This document shows, piece by piece, positions 7,649-17,929 of a stretch of DNA of 42,615 nt (position 1 is the first letter of the stretch; every line of letters begins with the position of its first letter). Origin of the DNA: a virus (Duplodnaviria > Caudoviricetes); the IMG/VR virus record IMGVR_UViG_3300048848_000234, positions 1 through 42,615 of that record. The stretch is one strand, 5' to 3'. A model generated the notes under the pieces. It worked only from the letters and a program-made list of their open reading frames with translations, was not told where the DNA came from and did no database searches. Both the position numbers and the translations under genes were made by a program.

Positions 7649-10072
7649 TCAGCCGATCTCCGGCCCGCGGATCACGTGATAGCCCGGCCGCATCGTCCCG
7701 CGCGCGAAGTCCGCGCCGATCGCGGCCAGCGGCTGACCGTAGATGACCTTCTGCGCCGGGTAGACGGGATGATTGACGTTCGACTGCGTCACGCCCTCGT
7801 AGGTCATCTCGTAGACCGCGCGCCAACCGTACAGCTCGACGAAGCGGAAGCCGCGATAAGCGAAGTCGAGCAGCGGCACGTCCTCTTCGCGGGCGAGGAC
7901 GTCGAGCATGTTGTTGTACAGCGAGAAGCTGGCGAGGCCTTCGACGGGAATGCCATGGCCGGTCCAGTCCTTGGTCTGGCGCTGCTTAGACGGTGGCACC
8001 GTCATGATCTCTTCCAGCGGGGGCTGGGTATGACGGATCAGCGCGGTCGTGGTCGCGAGCGTCTGGGCAATCTGGCCCGCGGCGATGCGGGCCGTCGTGG
8101 CGTTCACGACCTCGGCAACTGTCAGGATCAGGCCGGCATTGGCACCGGGAGCGCCATCGGCATGGACGTAGAGCAGCGAGCCGGGCTTGATCTTCGTGCC
8201 GCCGAACTTGCCGCTGGCGAAGATGCCCTCTGGCGCGTTGCCATCGGGCGCGCAGCTGAGCGTGTTCGCTGCCTTGTCGAACGACCAGACGCCGAAGAAG
8301 GCGAGCGTGCGCTGATCTGCCGGCCAGTTGATGCCCATGCCCAGCGCGGCCGCCTGATCGGCTGGCACGATCTTCTCAGGCCAAGGGCAGATCGTGTTGC
8401 CGAGGAATGCTATGCCGCCCTGCGCCCTGATCGTGCGCAGCGTCTGGCGCAGCGAGGCAATCGCGACATCGGCACCGATGCCATGCACGCCGTACATCGA
8501 GCCGGTGTTCATCCCGGCGATGATGGGCACGAGCAACTTCGGCGCGAAGCCCGACGCCGCCAGCTGCGCACCGAAGCTGTCATCGAACGAGGCGTTGACC
8601 GACCGATTGTCGAACGGGACCGAGTAGACGCCGTGGCCCAGCACCCCGGTGATGCCGTCGACCAGGTAGCGCATCGGTGAGTGGTCGAAGTTGAAGACCT
8701 CGCGATCCGGATAGTTCAGCGGCGTCAGATCTGCGCCACGACCGACCGAGGTGCCGAGACCGACCACCGGCAGCACGGTCGCCGTCGTCGTTCGAAGACC
8801 GCGAACGTACGTCGAAACACCATGCGGGTTCGCATCGCGCATTGCCTCGACGGCGCGGAAGGTCGCAATGCTGGTCGGCGTGACGCCGGCAGGATCGACG
8901 CGGGCGGGCAGACCGACCGATTCCAGCGACCATATCGCCCCACCGAACCCGTCCCAGGCGATCCGGGTCTTGGTAAACGGCGGGAGATCACCCGCTTCGA
9001 GCTGATCATTGCCGCCCTTCAGCAGGGGCCGCGCTCCGCCGCCATTGAGCGCAATCGTCACCGGTCCGGTGTTCGCAGCTGGTCCTGTGGTGAAGGGTAT
9101 GGAAAAGCCCCGGACAGGTTGCTGCCCGAGCGGCGCGGTCAGCACGATTGCATTCGCCGTGCCGGAGACCTCGGCATAGTCCGGGAACGCCTGGCGGAGA
9201 TCGTCGCGCAGATGACCGTAGCTGACCACCTGCCAGTTTCCGCCCGCGGCGCTGTACATCACGAGGTACGGATACCCCGCGCGGAAGTCCCGCGCCTTCA
9301 GCGCGCTGCCGCCATCGGCCTGCGCGACCGGGATCGGGCCGAGGCCGTTGACGTTGAGCGTCACACCTCCGGTGTTGTCGGCGACGGCGCGGAACAGGAT
9401 CTTCAGGCCGGGGACCAGCCCCGGCAGCACAGCCGCGCTCGCCGTGATGACGTTCGGGGTTCCCGCCACGTCGCCGAGGACATAGGTGCCGCCGGCGCGA
9501 TAGGCGTCGACCGCTGCTGCCGCGGCCGTAGCGCGATCGATCAGCGGACCGATGAAGCTGAAGCCGTCGATCGACACCTGGACGATGTCACTGGCGAACA
9601 CGAGTTCCGCGGCGCTCCACGTCGCGGCGTCGGCGCTGGCGTTGCCATAGCCCGCAGGACGATCGGTTGGGGCACCTTCCGCGCCTGTGACGCCGGGCAG
9701 GATGACCAGATTGCCATAGATCAGGCGCCGCTCGTCGCCACCAAAGGTGCCGATCAGGTCATAGGCCAGCGTCGTAGCGGAGCCGAGCTCACCCGCGTAG
9801 GGCAGCCCTTTCATCGTAGTCTTGTTGATCCGGACCAGCAAGGTCGTGACCGGAACGCCGTTCTCGATCACGACGCTCTCGATGAAGAGGCCCTCGGCGG
9901 TCTTCACCTGCTGCTGCTGAAGATCGACCAGCGCGAGTCCCGGCGTGTCCTCGATCAGGCGCACCTGCATGCGCGGATTCGCGTTGGTCGCGTCGATACC
10001 GACCAGCCGGATCGTGCGCACGCACGCCGTATATCGGTCCGCCCCGATGGACAGACGCGCAGCAATTCCCAT
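7649..10072 (-). CDS. Tail fibre/spike with two tandem repeat domains and a C-terminal SGNH-type esterase domain
   Basis: Last gene of the tail module. Repeats GTPNVIT...NTGGVTLNVNGLG and GTANAIV...NTGPVTIALNGGG; C-terminal LGTS / GMN / NVNHP. Confidence 0.8.
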   Translation of the reverse strand: MGIAARLSIGADRYTACVRTIRLVGIDATNANPRMQVRLIEDTPGLALVDLQQQQVKTAEGLFIESVVIENGVPVTTLLVRINKTTMKGLPYAGELGSATTLAYDLIGTFGGDERRLIYGNLVILPGVTGAEGAPTDRPAGYGNASADAATWSAAELVFASDIVQVSIDGFSFIGPLIDRATAAAAAVDAYRAGGTYVLGDVAGTPNVITASAAVLPGLVPGLKILFRAVADNTGGVTLNVNGLGPIPVAQADGGSALKARDFRAGYPYLVMYSAAGGNWQVVSYGHLRDDLRQAFPDYAEVSGTANAIVLTAPLGQQPVRGFSIPFTTGPAANTGPVTIALNGGGARPLLKGGNDQLEAGDLPPFTKTRIAWDGFGGAIWSLESVGLPARVDPAGVTPTSIATFRAVEAMRDANPHGVSTYVRGLRTTTATVLPVVGLGTSVGRGADLTPLNYPDREVFNFDHSPMRYLVDGITGVLGHGVYSVPFDNRSVNASFDDSFGAQLAASGFAPKLLVPIIAGMNTGSMYGVHGIGADVAIASLRQTLRTIRAQGGIAFLGNTICPWPEKIVPADQAAALGMGINWPADQRTLAFFGVWSFDKAANTLSCAPDGNAPEGIFASGKFGGTKIKPGSLLYVHADGAPGANAGLILTVAEVVNATTARIAAGQIAQTLATTTALIRHTQPPLEEIMTVPPSKQRQTKDWTGHGIPVEGLASFSLYNNMLDVLAREEDVPLLDFAYRGFRFVELYGWRAVYEMTYEGVTQSNVNHPVYPAQKVIYGQPLAAIGADFARGTMRPGYHVIRGPEIG

Positions 10073-10087
10073 GGATGTCTCCGAAGA

Positions 10088-10738
10088 TCAGGCGTTGAGG
10101 CGGAACAGCTTGCCGGCGATGGGCGGCATGGCCGCGCCGATGGCGAGCAAGGGGCCAGAGACCCCGAAGTTGAGCGACGTGGCTGACACCGCGACGACGT
10201 CGTGCACGGCGTATCCGGCAGCGACGGCAGTCGGGCAGAAGGTTAGCGCGTCGCCGGCCGCGACGCCAAGGCCGGTGGGGACCGTGACCGGAACTCGGCG
10301 GACGCCCGCGGCGAGAATCGCCGTTGCGGTCTGGGCGACCGTCACACTGCCCAGATAGGCGCTGGCCGGAGCGCCCTTCAGGCTGGCGATCCACTGCGTC
10401 TTCGTGCCACCGTAGCCGAGCTCGCGCGCAATCGCGTAAGCGTCCGCGCCTGCCGCCCCGACGAGCGACGCCAGCCACGCCGTCAGCGTGCCGCCGTAGC
10501 CCTCCTGCCGCGCCAGCTGGTAGGCCGACAGGCCCCGCAACGTCGTATCCGCGGCGGGGTCGCTGACGAGGTCGATCGTCATGCCATCGGTGGCGATCGA
10601 GCCACGCGACAACAGGGCGACCATGGCACCGCTCTGCGGCTGAAGCCGCGAGAACGTGACCTTCACACGCCCGGCGTCTCCCCGCTTTACCTGAAGGTAG
10701 ATGCGCTGGTTCGTGTTCAGCAGAGGATCCATCGTCAT
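10088..10738 (-). CDS. Minor tail/fibre protein
   Basis: Two copies of the phage fibre repeat: SAYQLARQEGYGGTLTAWLASLVG and DAYAIARELGYGGTKTQWIASLKG. Confidence 0.7.
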   Translation of the reverse strand: MTMDPLLNTNQRIYLQVKRGDAGRVKVTFSRLQPQSGAMVALLSRGSIATDGMTIDLVSDPAADTTLRGLSAYQLARQEGYGGTLTAWLASLVGAAGADAYAIARELGYGGTKTQWIASLKGAPASAYLGSVTVAQTATAILAAGVRRVPVTVPTGLGVAAGDALTFCPTAVAAGYAVHDVVAVSATSLNFGVSGPLLAIGAAMPPIAGKLFRLNA

Positions 10739-12762
10739 GCCTCCGACACCGTCGGCTGCTGGTAGCCGCCGTCATAGCCGCCGCCACCGTCGCCGCCCGG
10801 CGTCGTCGGAACGGGCGGATAGGTCCCGTCGCTGTTGGCCGTGGTGTAGTAGCGGACGATGACGTTGTCGGCCGACAGCGTGCCGGGGCCGCCGCGCGGC
10901 TCGATGCTGTACGCCTGCGCCGACAGGCTCCACAGGATCGTATAGGCGGTGGCTGGCGTCAGGCCTTCGAACGTCGTCGCCGGGAACGTGAGCCGCTCCG
11001 TCGTGTCGATGTTCGCCGAGAACTCGACGACGGAGATCGTCGTGGCAGTGCTGGTCACCGGCAGGCCGTTGGAGGCCGTCGAGCTGATGATCGTGTGGGC
11101 GGCCCGCGCCGTATCCACCGGAGCCGCGACCCCGTCCAGCGCGGCGGTGTCGCGGAGGGCGGGGATCGGAGGTGCAATCGCCGTCTGACCGAGAGCGAAC
11201 GCATGCTTCTCCGGCGTCTCGCTGCGCAGAACGAACTTCCAGGCCATGCGGTCTGGCATCGGCATGCGTTTGAGGATGATGCACGGTGTGAGCGGCAATC
11301 CTTCATCGGGAAGATCGACGACGATCAGATCACCCGGCCCGTATTTCCGTAGTCGCGGCTTCACGACGAGTTCGATCTCGCCGATCTCCCGCCGGTCGAA
11401 CAGCTCGTAGGCACACAGCTGCGCCGCCTGGTCCTTCCACTGGACGAGATTGTACTGGCGCTCCGCCCGCTTCACCTCGCCGTCGATCACGACCTGCGCA
11501 GCGACGCTCACCGGCAGGGTACTTGCCACGTACTCCCACTTGTGATCGCGCGACCGGTATTTCGGGATCAGCGTGTTGAGCCGCTCCTCCCAGCCGACAC
11601 CGTTGCAGACGACGATTTCGTCGTCGGCGAGGTCTGCGGCCGTGATCGTGTCGAGCGCGACACGCGGCGCGCTAATCTTCAGGCCGAGCTTGCCGTCGCG
11701 GAACGCAGGCTCGGCTCCCCCAGCGGCCAGCATGTCCTTCAGGTTCTGCCACCGCGACGACGCAGCGCCGGTCGCAGGTTCGAACACGAGGCCACCCACC
11801 TTCCACCCGTTCGCATCGCAGACGTTCGCCAGGTGGACGAAGTCCTCGACGATAATGGTGTCGATCGGCAGACCGATGCCCGCCACCTTCTGATAGGTCG
11901 ATCCGGCGACCTTCGGATCGCGGTGCCAGGCGCCCAACGCGTAGCGGAGCGCCTGAAGGCCTGGGCACTCGCTATACGTCCATGTCGCGCGTGCCGCGCC
12001 GTGCGCAGCCATGTCGGACGGCGCCGCCCAGCGATGCGCGCCCTGTCCACCAGCCACCGTAGAATCCTGTCGCGGGTCGTAACTTAGCTGGCCACGCCAG
12101 ATCGCGCCGAGTTGGGGGACGCCGGAGGCGAACACCTTCCCCTTCTTGTCGAACAGCAGCGACCACGCGATGGCCGCATAGCCGGAGAGGCGGTAACTCG
12201 CCCCCCAGCCGGGCGCTCCCGCCCAGCGCGGCGCCAGCGCAGCCGCTTCGGGCGTCATGCCACGCTGGACGCTCGCCCAGAGGAAGCCGCCCGCATAGCC
12301 CGTCGCCGCTCCACCGCCTGCGGGAATGCCGAGGCTGACGAAATCGGCCTGACAGTCCACCAGCCCCTGCACCGGACCTGCACCGGAATAGACGTCGACG
12401 ATCAGCGCATAGGGATTGGGCACCTTGTCGATCGTCGGGCCATAGCCCGTCTGATGCTCGCGACTGCCGCCGTAGTAGGTCTCGCCGATCAGATATGGGA
12501 TCGGCTGATCGGTGCCGATCGAGGTAGACGTTAGAGATCCGCGGGCAGGTGGGGCTTTGGCGAGCGCACCTGACGCGAAGCTCGCGATGCCACTGATGGT
12601 CGCGGCCGTGCTGGCGATCGCCGCGAAGCTGCCGACGCCGGCGATGCCAAGCCCGGCGCCGAACCCGGCCACGGCGAGGCCCGCGCCGATGCCAGTCGCC
12701 GCCAGCGCCACCACGCCTGCCACCAGCGCCACCTTGCGCGCAACGCCGCTCACAGCCGCCAT
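10735..12762 (-). CDS. Tail tip/hub protein (J/Tal-like)
   Basis: 675 aa after the tape measure and Dit-like genes; YDPRQDST, ALRYALG, LANVCDANGW motifs typical of siphophage tip proteins. Confidence 0.75.
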   Translation of the reverse strand: MAAVSGVARKVALVAGVVALAATGIGAGLAVAGFGAGLGIAGVGSFAAIASTAATISGIASFASGALAKAPPARGSLTSTSIGTDQPIPYLIGETYYGGSREHQTGYGPTIDKVPNPYALIVDVYSGAGPVQGLVDCQADFVSLGIPAGGGAATGYAGGFLWASVQRGMTPEAAALAPRWAGAPGWGASYRLSGYAAIAWSLLFDKKGKVFASGVPQLGAIWRGQLSYDPRQDSTVAGGQGAHRWAAPSDMAAHGAARATWTYSECPGLQALRYALGAWHRDPKVAGSTYQKVAGIGLPIDTIIVEDFVHLANVCDANGWKVGGLVFEPATGAASSRWQNLKDMLAAGGAEPAFRDGKLGLKISAPRVALDTITAADLADDEIVVCNGVGWEERLNTLIPKYRSRDHKWEYVASTLPVSVAAQVVIDGEVKRAERQYNLVQWKDQAAQLCAYELFDRREIGEIELVVKPRLRKYGPGDLIVVDLPDEGLPLTPCIILKRMPMPDRMAWKFVLRSETPEKHAFALGQTAIAPPIPALRDTAALDGVAAPVDTARAAHTIISSTASNGLPVTSTATTISVVEFSANIDTTERLTFPATTFEGLTPATAYTILWSLSAQAYSIEPRGGPGTLSADNVIVRYYTTANSDGTYPPVPTTPGGDGGGGYDGGYQQPTVSEA

Positions 12763-13175
12763 GCTCCGATGAACGGGTCGAGACCGGTCGGCACGAGGTT
12801 CACCAGCCCGTCGACCAGATGATCCTCATGATAGCCGAGGATCTTGCCTCCGGCGACGATGCCGATGCCGTCGAAGTCGCCATCGGCACCCGTCATCAGG
12901 ACGAGATCGCCTACCCAGGTCGCCAGCGGCGCGATACGCGGGAACAGCCGGTCGAGCAGCTGCTCCAGCGTGTCGCAGCCCTGCGCACGCAATGCCGTCT
13001 TCGCACCGCGTGGCGACCGGAAGTCCGGAACCGGCGGTAGGCGATGGCCGAGTGCACGTCCCTGCGCACGCGCCAGATGGATGCACGTCCTCCGCTGATC
13101 CCAGGCGAAAGGCTTGTTGCGGAAGCGGGCCACGACCTTCTCGGTCGCAGCGACGCGGGCGACGAGGTCAACCAT
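12750..13175 (-). CDS. Tail-associated NlpC/P60-like protein (DUF6950-like)
   Basis: PFAWDQRRTC and VGDLVL...GIGI motifs at the usual position; start taken at ATG 13175. Confidence 0.65.
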   Translation of the reverse strand: MVDLVARVAATEKVVARFRNKPFAWDQRRTCIHLARAQGRALGHRLPPVPDFRSPRGAKTALRAQGCDTLEQLLDRLFPRIAPLATWVGDLVLMTGADGDFDGIGIVAGGKILGYHEDHLVDGLVNLVPTGLDPFIGAWRL

Positions 13176-13737
13176 AGGTGTTGCTCGCCACGACACCGCG
13201 GGGCGGTGACGCCACGCCCCAGGCGAAGTTGACACCCAAGCCCGTGGCATTGTCGAAGCCGCGCTCGCCGGGGAAGATGGCGGAATGCGACGCACTCGAC
13301 AGCACCACGCCCTCGACCTTGGCGAGCAGACGCTGCGCGCGGCTCACCATGTCGATCTCCAGCTTCCGCGACCCCTTGCTGGAGCGGAGCGTGGTGCGGT
13401 CGAGCTGCCAGTCGGCCTGTAGATCCGGATCGCCCAGCACCTGGCCGGTCGATTCGACGATCTCCGCGACCCAGAAGCGGACGCGCGAGCCCTGATATTC
13501 CGGACGCGAGAGCGCGATCGCTGCGGCCGAGCCCCTCGGCAGCATCGTCAGCGTGCCCGACGGGATGACGTCGCCGACGCCCTCCTCGGGCGGCTCGAAG
13601 CTGTCGATCGTTCCGAAGATGTCGTCGGCGCTGAGGAAGATTTCGCCGTTCCAGGGCACGAAGCCGCCGTCGCAGAGCAGGATCGTATGACCCGGCAGTT
13701 CGGCCTTCATGAGACCGGCGAGCAGGATGCGTTCCAT
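13168..13737 (-). CDS. Minor tail protein
   Basis: Start MERILLAG at 13737 coupled by TGATG to the upstream gene; ends GERGFDNATG...FAWG. Confidence 0.7.
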   Translation of the reverse strand: MERILLAGLMKAELPGHTILLCDGGFVPWNGEIFLSADDIFGTIDSFEPPEEGVGDVIPSGTLTMLPRGSAAAIALSRPEYQGSRVRFWVAEIVESTGQVLGDPDLQADWQLDRTTLRSSKGSRKLEIDMVSRAQRLLAKVEGVVLSSASHSAIFPGERGFDNATGLGVNFAWGVASPPRGVVASNTYG

Positions 13738-14333
13738 CAGGCAGCCTCCTCCACTGTGAACTCGATACCCACGTGATGCTCGACCGACAGGCTCCACGCC
13801 TGCTCGTCGCCGTCGACCAGCCCCTCGATCATCGGCTGCACCAATTTGACCCTGTCGCCATCGCCGAACGGTCGGCGGAGCATCTCCGAAAGCGGCAACG
13901 CCGCGCGCCCGCCTGCGTCGATCACCACCTCGCCAGCGACGTTGTGCAGGAAGTGCTGTCCAGTCGACCGGACGATGCTGAGCCAGAAGCCTTCGCGCAC
14001 GACCATCCCCGCAGCGATGCCGCGTATCCTGAGCGTCGTGCCTGCTTGGCCGGCACCGTCGACGACGGCGTCCTGAAGAGGCTGCGGACACATCAGGGGA
14101 TATTCGGTGCGGATCCCCATCCGCTTGGCCCGGATCAGGCGCGAGACGATGATGCGGCCTTGCGCCAGATCGTCGAACGGCGGGAAGCTCAGTCGGACCT
14201 TGTAGCGCGAGCCCAGCCGATCGACGCGGAGCAGCTCGGCACCCGTGGATGGCCGAAGCACGCTGCCGAAGTCGAGGAACGACGGCGAAGCGGCGTTCGG
14301 CACCGCCCACGCCGGCAGATCGATGATGGCCAT
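13737..14333 (-). CDS. Distal tail (Dit-like) protein
   Basis: Immediately downstream of the tape measure gene with 1-nt overlap; RLGSRYKVRLSFPP. Confidence 0.65.
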   Translation of the reverse strand: MAIIDLPAWAVPNAASPSFLDFGSVLRPSTGAELLRVDRLGSRYKVRLSFPPFDDLAQGRIIVSRLIRAKRMGIRTEYPLMCPQPLQDAVVDGAGQAGTTLRIRGIAAGMVVREGFWLSIVRSTGQHFLHNVAGEVVIDAGGRAALPLSEMLRRPFGDGDRVKLVQPMIEGLVDGDEQAWSLSVEHHVGIEFTVEEAA

Positions 14334-17300
14334 CAGGACACCGTCTGCCGCGCACGCCAGGCGTTGGAGCGTCCGGCCTGCTGCATGCCGGTGGCCGTGC
14401 TCGCCTGGGCGATCGGCAAGGCACCACGAACGACCCGACCGTCGACGACCGCGTTGAAGTAGGGCGATGGCTCGATGCGGGCGATACCGCCTGCGGCCGG
14501 ACCGGCGCCGCGACCGTCGTTGGGTACGATCGTGCCGCTGATGCCGGGATAGAAGCGCTCCGGCCCATCCTCCCCGACGTTGTACCAGCTGCCGGCGGAG
14601 ATCCCCCCGCCGCTCTTCCGCGATCCGCCGAACTTGCTGCCGAAGAAGCTGCCGATCGCGCCCATGAAGCCACCACCGCCTCCGTCACCAAACAGGCTCT
14701 TGGCGAGCGGCTTGATCAGCATCTGCTGTATGCCGATGTCCAGCAGGGATGCGACGATGCGCCGGCCGGTGTTGGCGAACACGTCCCCGAGGCTCTTGGC
14801 GCTGAGGATCGCATCGGAGAGTTCGCTGTTGAGACCCCGCAGCGCATCCACTCCAGCGTTCTCGATCGACTCGCCGATCGCGGCGCCGGAGCGGTTGAGC
14901 TCGCGGTTGAAGGCCTCCCCCGACGTCTCGTTGCCGCGCATGACGCCCGCCGTCCGACGCGCATAGACGGTGTCCAGCGACTGCTTTCGGTCCAAGGCGT
15001 TCTGCCATTCGGCCGAGGACGTCGCTTTGGTGGCGAGGATCAGATCGAGATCCGCTTCCTCTTGCTGACGTTGCAGCTCCAGGAGGCGGAGCTCGCCGGC
15101 GCGCCGGTCCGCCAGGCTGTCGACCATGTCGAGGCGGGCGCGCACCTCGTCCTGCGCGGTATCGTTGCGCGCCTTGGCGAGGTCGTACTCTTCGCGAGTG
15201 AGCGCATCCGTCAGATCGCGCTGCGCGACCATCCGCTCGATCTCCAGCTGCGCGTCCTTGGCTGCAAGCAGCGTTGCACGCTTCGTGGCGCCCAGCCCCT
15301 CGTCGTTCGCCAGCTGGCGGGCGTAGGAGGCGCGTTCCTCGTCGATCGACGCCAGCTCGGCCCGGCTGCGGGCCCTTGCATTGTCGGAGAGGTCGGCCTC
15401 GGCGCGGAGCCGCTCGACGCGCAGGCGGCCGAGATCATCCTGATACTGGGCATCATTGCGTGCAGCCTCACGGGCAAGATCGGCAGCCGACTTCCCGGCG
15501 CCGCCCTTCTTCCTGCCAGAGCCTTCATCGCCGAAGTCGAGGTCGATCTTGGCACCGCCGGACTTGCCCTCGGCCGTCTTGATCGCCGCATCGAGGGTGT
15601 TGAACGTCGCCTCCGCGGTCGTCGCGTTCTTCGTCCGCTGAGCGACTTCCGTGCGAGCCTGAACGACGCTGCCGGTGCGCGGCAGCATGCCGGTCGGATC
15701 GAAGCCGGCCACAGCCAGAGCACCAAGGACCTGCTGCCCCCTCGTCTTCATCGTCGGCGCGCTCGCGTTGGCGCGGGCGAGTTCGGCGCGTGCGGCGACC
15801 AGATTGTTGCGAGCGGTCACCAGCGCCTGCGCCGCGGCGATCTTGTCGGCCTTCGCCTTCTTCAGCACCGCATCGCGAGCCTTGTCCGTGGCGGTCGCGA
15901 GGTTGGCCACCGTCTCGGCCGCCGCACCGTTCGCCTCGCTCAGCTGCTGCCCGGCGCTCGTTGCTGCCTCCGACGCCTGACCGGTCTTCATGAGCAGCGG
16001 CACGAACAGGGTCAGCAGCGAGATAGCGAGCCCGACTGGGCCGGCCAGCGCCAGCATGCGCGTCCCGAGGAGGCCAAGCAGGGTCGAGGCACCCGCCTGA
16101 AGCGCCAGTTGGCCAAGCAGGCGAATGATGACGCCCATCGGGTTGATCAACGCGGCGAAGCCGAGCGCTACCGGACCCAGCCGCAGCAGCAGCAGTGGCA
16201 GCATTACCTTGGCAAGCGTCAGCCCCACGATGATCATCGGACCGGTCGCAGCCGCGACGGCGCCGATCGCGACGCCGAGCTTCAGGAACCAGGGCGGTGC
16301 AGCACCGATCGCGTTGAGCATCGCCGCACCGGAGTTCTTCACGGCGGTGAAGGCCTGCACCAAACCGGCGTTGCCGACCGCGATCTTCACGCGCTCCCAC
16401 GCTGTCGCAAGGCGCTGCGTTGCCGCGATCTCGCCCTCCTGCACGATCGCCAGCTGCTGATCGGCGCGGACGGCATCGATCTGCTTGCGGATGCGCTCCA
16501 GTCCGTCGGAGCCTTGGTTCATCAGACCGATGGCCGTCCGCATGGCATCGGTGCCGAACAGCGTCTCCAGAGCCTTGTTTTTGGACCGGTCGGACAGGTT
16601 CGACAGCTTGTCGCGGAGAACGTCCGCAATCTCACTCAGCGGCTTGGCATTGCCAGTTGCATCGAAGAAGCTGATGCCGAGCTGCTCCATCAGGGCAGCA
16701 GCTTCCTTCGACTTCGGATTGAGCGATGTCAGGAACGTCTTGAACGACGTGCCCGCGTCAGAGCCGCTGGCGAACAGCGAAGCGGTGGCCGCAAGCGCGA
16801 CGTTGGTGTCCTCGAAGGTGAAGCCGAGGCCACCGGCGACGCCGCCCGTCTGACCCATCGCCAAGCGATAGTCGTCGAAGGCAAATTTTGACACGTTCAT
16901 GCCGCCGGTCAGCTTGTCGACGACCCCGTCGAGATCGCTCGCCTGCTTGCTAAACTGCTGCATGATGTCGGTCGTGAGATCGGCCGCATCGCCGAGATTG
17001 GCATAGCCGACTACCGACAGGTTCAACGACGCCTTCAGGGCACCGCCGAGGATCTGGGAGGCCGACAGGCCGTTGCGCGCCAGCCCCTCGATCGCATCGG
17101 CGGCCTCGACGGCGCTCTTGCCGGCGGCAGGGCCGAGCTCCTGTGCCGCCACGGACAGCTTCGACAGCTGCTCGGGCGTGATATCGGTCAGCGCCGCGCG
17201 CACGCGGTTCATCGACGCCTGGAAATTGGCCGCGGCGTCCTTCGAAACCTTGCCGAGTCCGCCGAGACCGAGCGTCAGACCGGCCGTGAGGGCGAGCCCC

Positions 17301-17527
17301 GTCGTGCGGACCTTGGCACCCGCCGCGGCGACGGCGTCGGCGATCTGGATCGCGGCTTGGTTGACCCGCTTGGCGGTGCGCTCGACGGCACTCGCCATGC
17401 CGTCAGTGCTCTTGTCGAAGTCCTGCTGCGTCTTCTTCGCTTCGGCGCGCGCGGCCGCCATGCCCGTCTTGTACGCGTTGTCCTTCACGCCCATCGAGAC
17501 GACGAGCGATGCCAGCAGTGCTTGCAA
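14333..17527 (-). CDS. Tail tape measure protein (TP901-type core)
   Basis: 1064 aa, Ala-rich helical; GSDAGTSFKTFL, LFGTDA and C-terminal VGEDGPERF motifs. Confidence 0.95.
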   Translation of the reverse strand: MQALLASLVVSMGVKDNAYKTGMAAARAEAKKTQQDFDKSTDGMASAVERTAKRVNQAAIQIADAVAAAGAKVRTTGLALTAGLTLGLGGLGKVSKDAAANFQASMNRVRAALTDITPEQLSKLSVAAQELGPAAGKSAVEAADAIEGLARNGLSASQILGGALKASLNLSVVGYANLGDAADLTTDIMQQFSKQASDLDGVVDKLTGGMNVSKFAFDDYRLAMGQTGGVAGGLGFTFEDTNVALAATASLFASGSDAGTSFKTFLTSLNPKSKEAAALMEQLGISFFDATGNAKPLSEIADVLRDKLSNLSDRSKNKALETLFGTDAMRTAIGLMNQGSDGLERIRKQIDAVRADQQLAIVQEGEIAATQRLATAWERVKIAVGNAGLVQAFTAVKNSGAAMLNAIGAAPPWFLKLGVAIGAVAAATGPMIIVGLTLAKVMLPLLLLRLGPVALGFAALINPMGVIIRLLGQLALQAGASTLLGLLGTRMLALAGPVGLAISLLTLFVPLLMKTGQASEAATSAGQQLSEANGAAAETVANLATATDKARDAVLKKAKADKIAAAQALVTARNNLVAARAELARANASAPTMKTRGQQVLGALAVAGFDPTGMLPRTGSVVQARTEVAQRTKNATTAEATFNTLDAAIKTAEGKSGGAKIDLDFGDEGSGRKKGGAGKSAADLAREAARNDAQYQDDLGRLRVERLRAEADLSDNARARSRAELASIDEERASYARQLANDEGLGATKRATLLAAKDAQLEIERMVAQRDLTDALTREEYDLAKARNDTAQDEVRARLDMVDSLADRRAGELRLLELQRQQEEADLDLILATKATSSAEWQNALDRKQSLDTVYARRTAGVMRGNETSGEAFNRELNRSGAAIGESIENAGVDALRGLNSELSDAILSAKSLGDVFANTGRRIVASLLDIGIQQMLIKPLAKSLFGDGGGGGFMGAIGSFFGSKFGGSRKSGGGISAGSWYNVGEDGPERFYPGISGTIVPNDGRGAGPAAGGIARIEPSPYFNAVVDGRVVRGALPIAQASTATGMQQAGRSNAWRARQTVS

Positions 17528-17566
17528 CCTTGGTCTCCTGATGAGCGATGCGGATCCCGGACGGGA

Positions 17567-17929
17567 TCAGCCGGGAAAGTCGACGAGCTCGATCTTGATC
17601 GGGGCGCCGGAGGAAGCGCGAGACGCATAGGCCGCGAGCATCTCGGCTGGCGTCTGACGTGCTGACGCCTTTTCGGCCGGAGCCGTGAGGACGGTCAGGT
17701 AGTGTTTGAAGCCCTTCAGCCGCTCCTCGCGAGCGAAGAACTCACCCTTCCAAGCACTGAACAGCGTCTGTTCGTAGGCGTCGGCTCTTGCCCTCAACCG
17801 TCCGCGGAGCGCGGCCCCGTACGACGCGGGGCTTTGGCTCCAGAACGTTGAGGCGTCGAAGCCGAACCGCGTCCATTCGCGGAGGAGGTCTTCCCAGTCC
17901 GTCCGCTCGCGCGGGTCGCGAGCTTTCCC
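17567..17929 (-). CDS. Tail assembly chaperone T segment, reached by -1 frameshift
   Basis: -1 frame open from GGGAAAG (17923-17929): KARDPRERTDWEDLLREWTRFGFDASTFWSQSP...DFPG stop. Confidence 0.75.
   Translation of the reverse strand, partial: GKARDPRERTDWEDLLREWTRFGFDASTFWSQSPASYGAALRGRLRARADAYEQTLFSAWKGEFFAREERLKGFKHYLTVLTAPAEKASARQTPAEMLAAYASRASSGAPIKIELVDFPG

Noticed and set aside
1339-8780. Diversity-generating retroelement or invertible tail-fibre cassette explaining the spike/lipoprotein similarity
   Set aside because: No reverse transcriptase or invertase in the window; similarity is protein-level with many synonymous changes and indels, and the second copy has its own lipoprotein signal.
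13738-14691. N-terminal extensions of ORF-track calls (13168-14691, 18844-19659, 5510-6199, 39596-40804, 6788-7276)
   Set aside because: They overlap well-supported genes in other frames; internal coupled ATGs give better starts.
15062-16891. Long plus-strand ORFs opposite structural genes (also 2775-4070, 8681-10186, 21030-22508, 28983-29996)
   Set aside because: Antisense shadows expected in high-GC coding DNA; no recognisable motifs.
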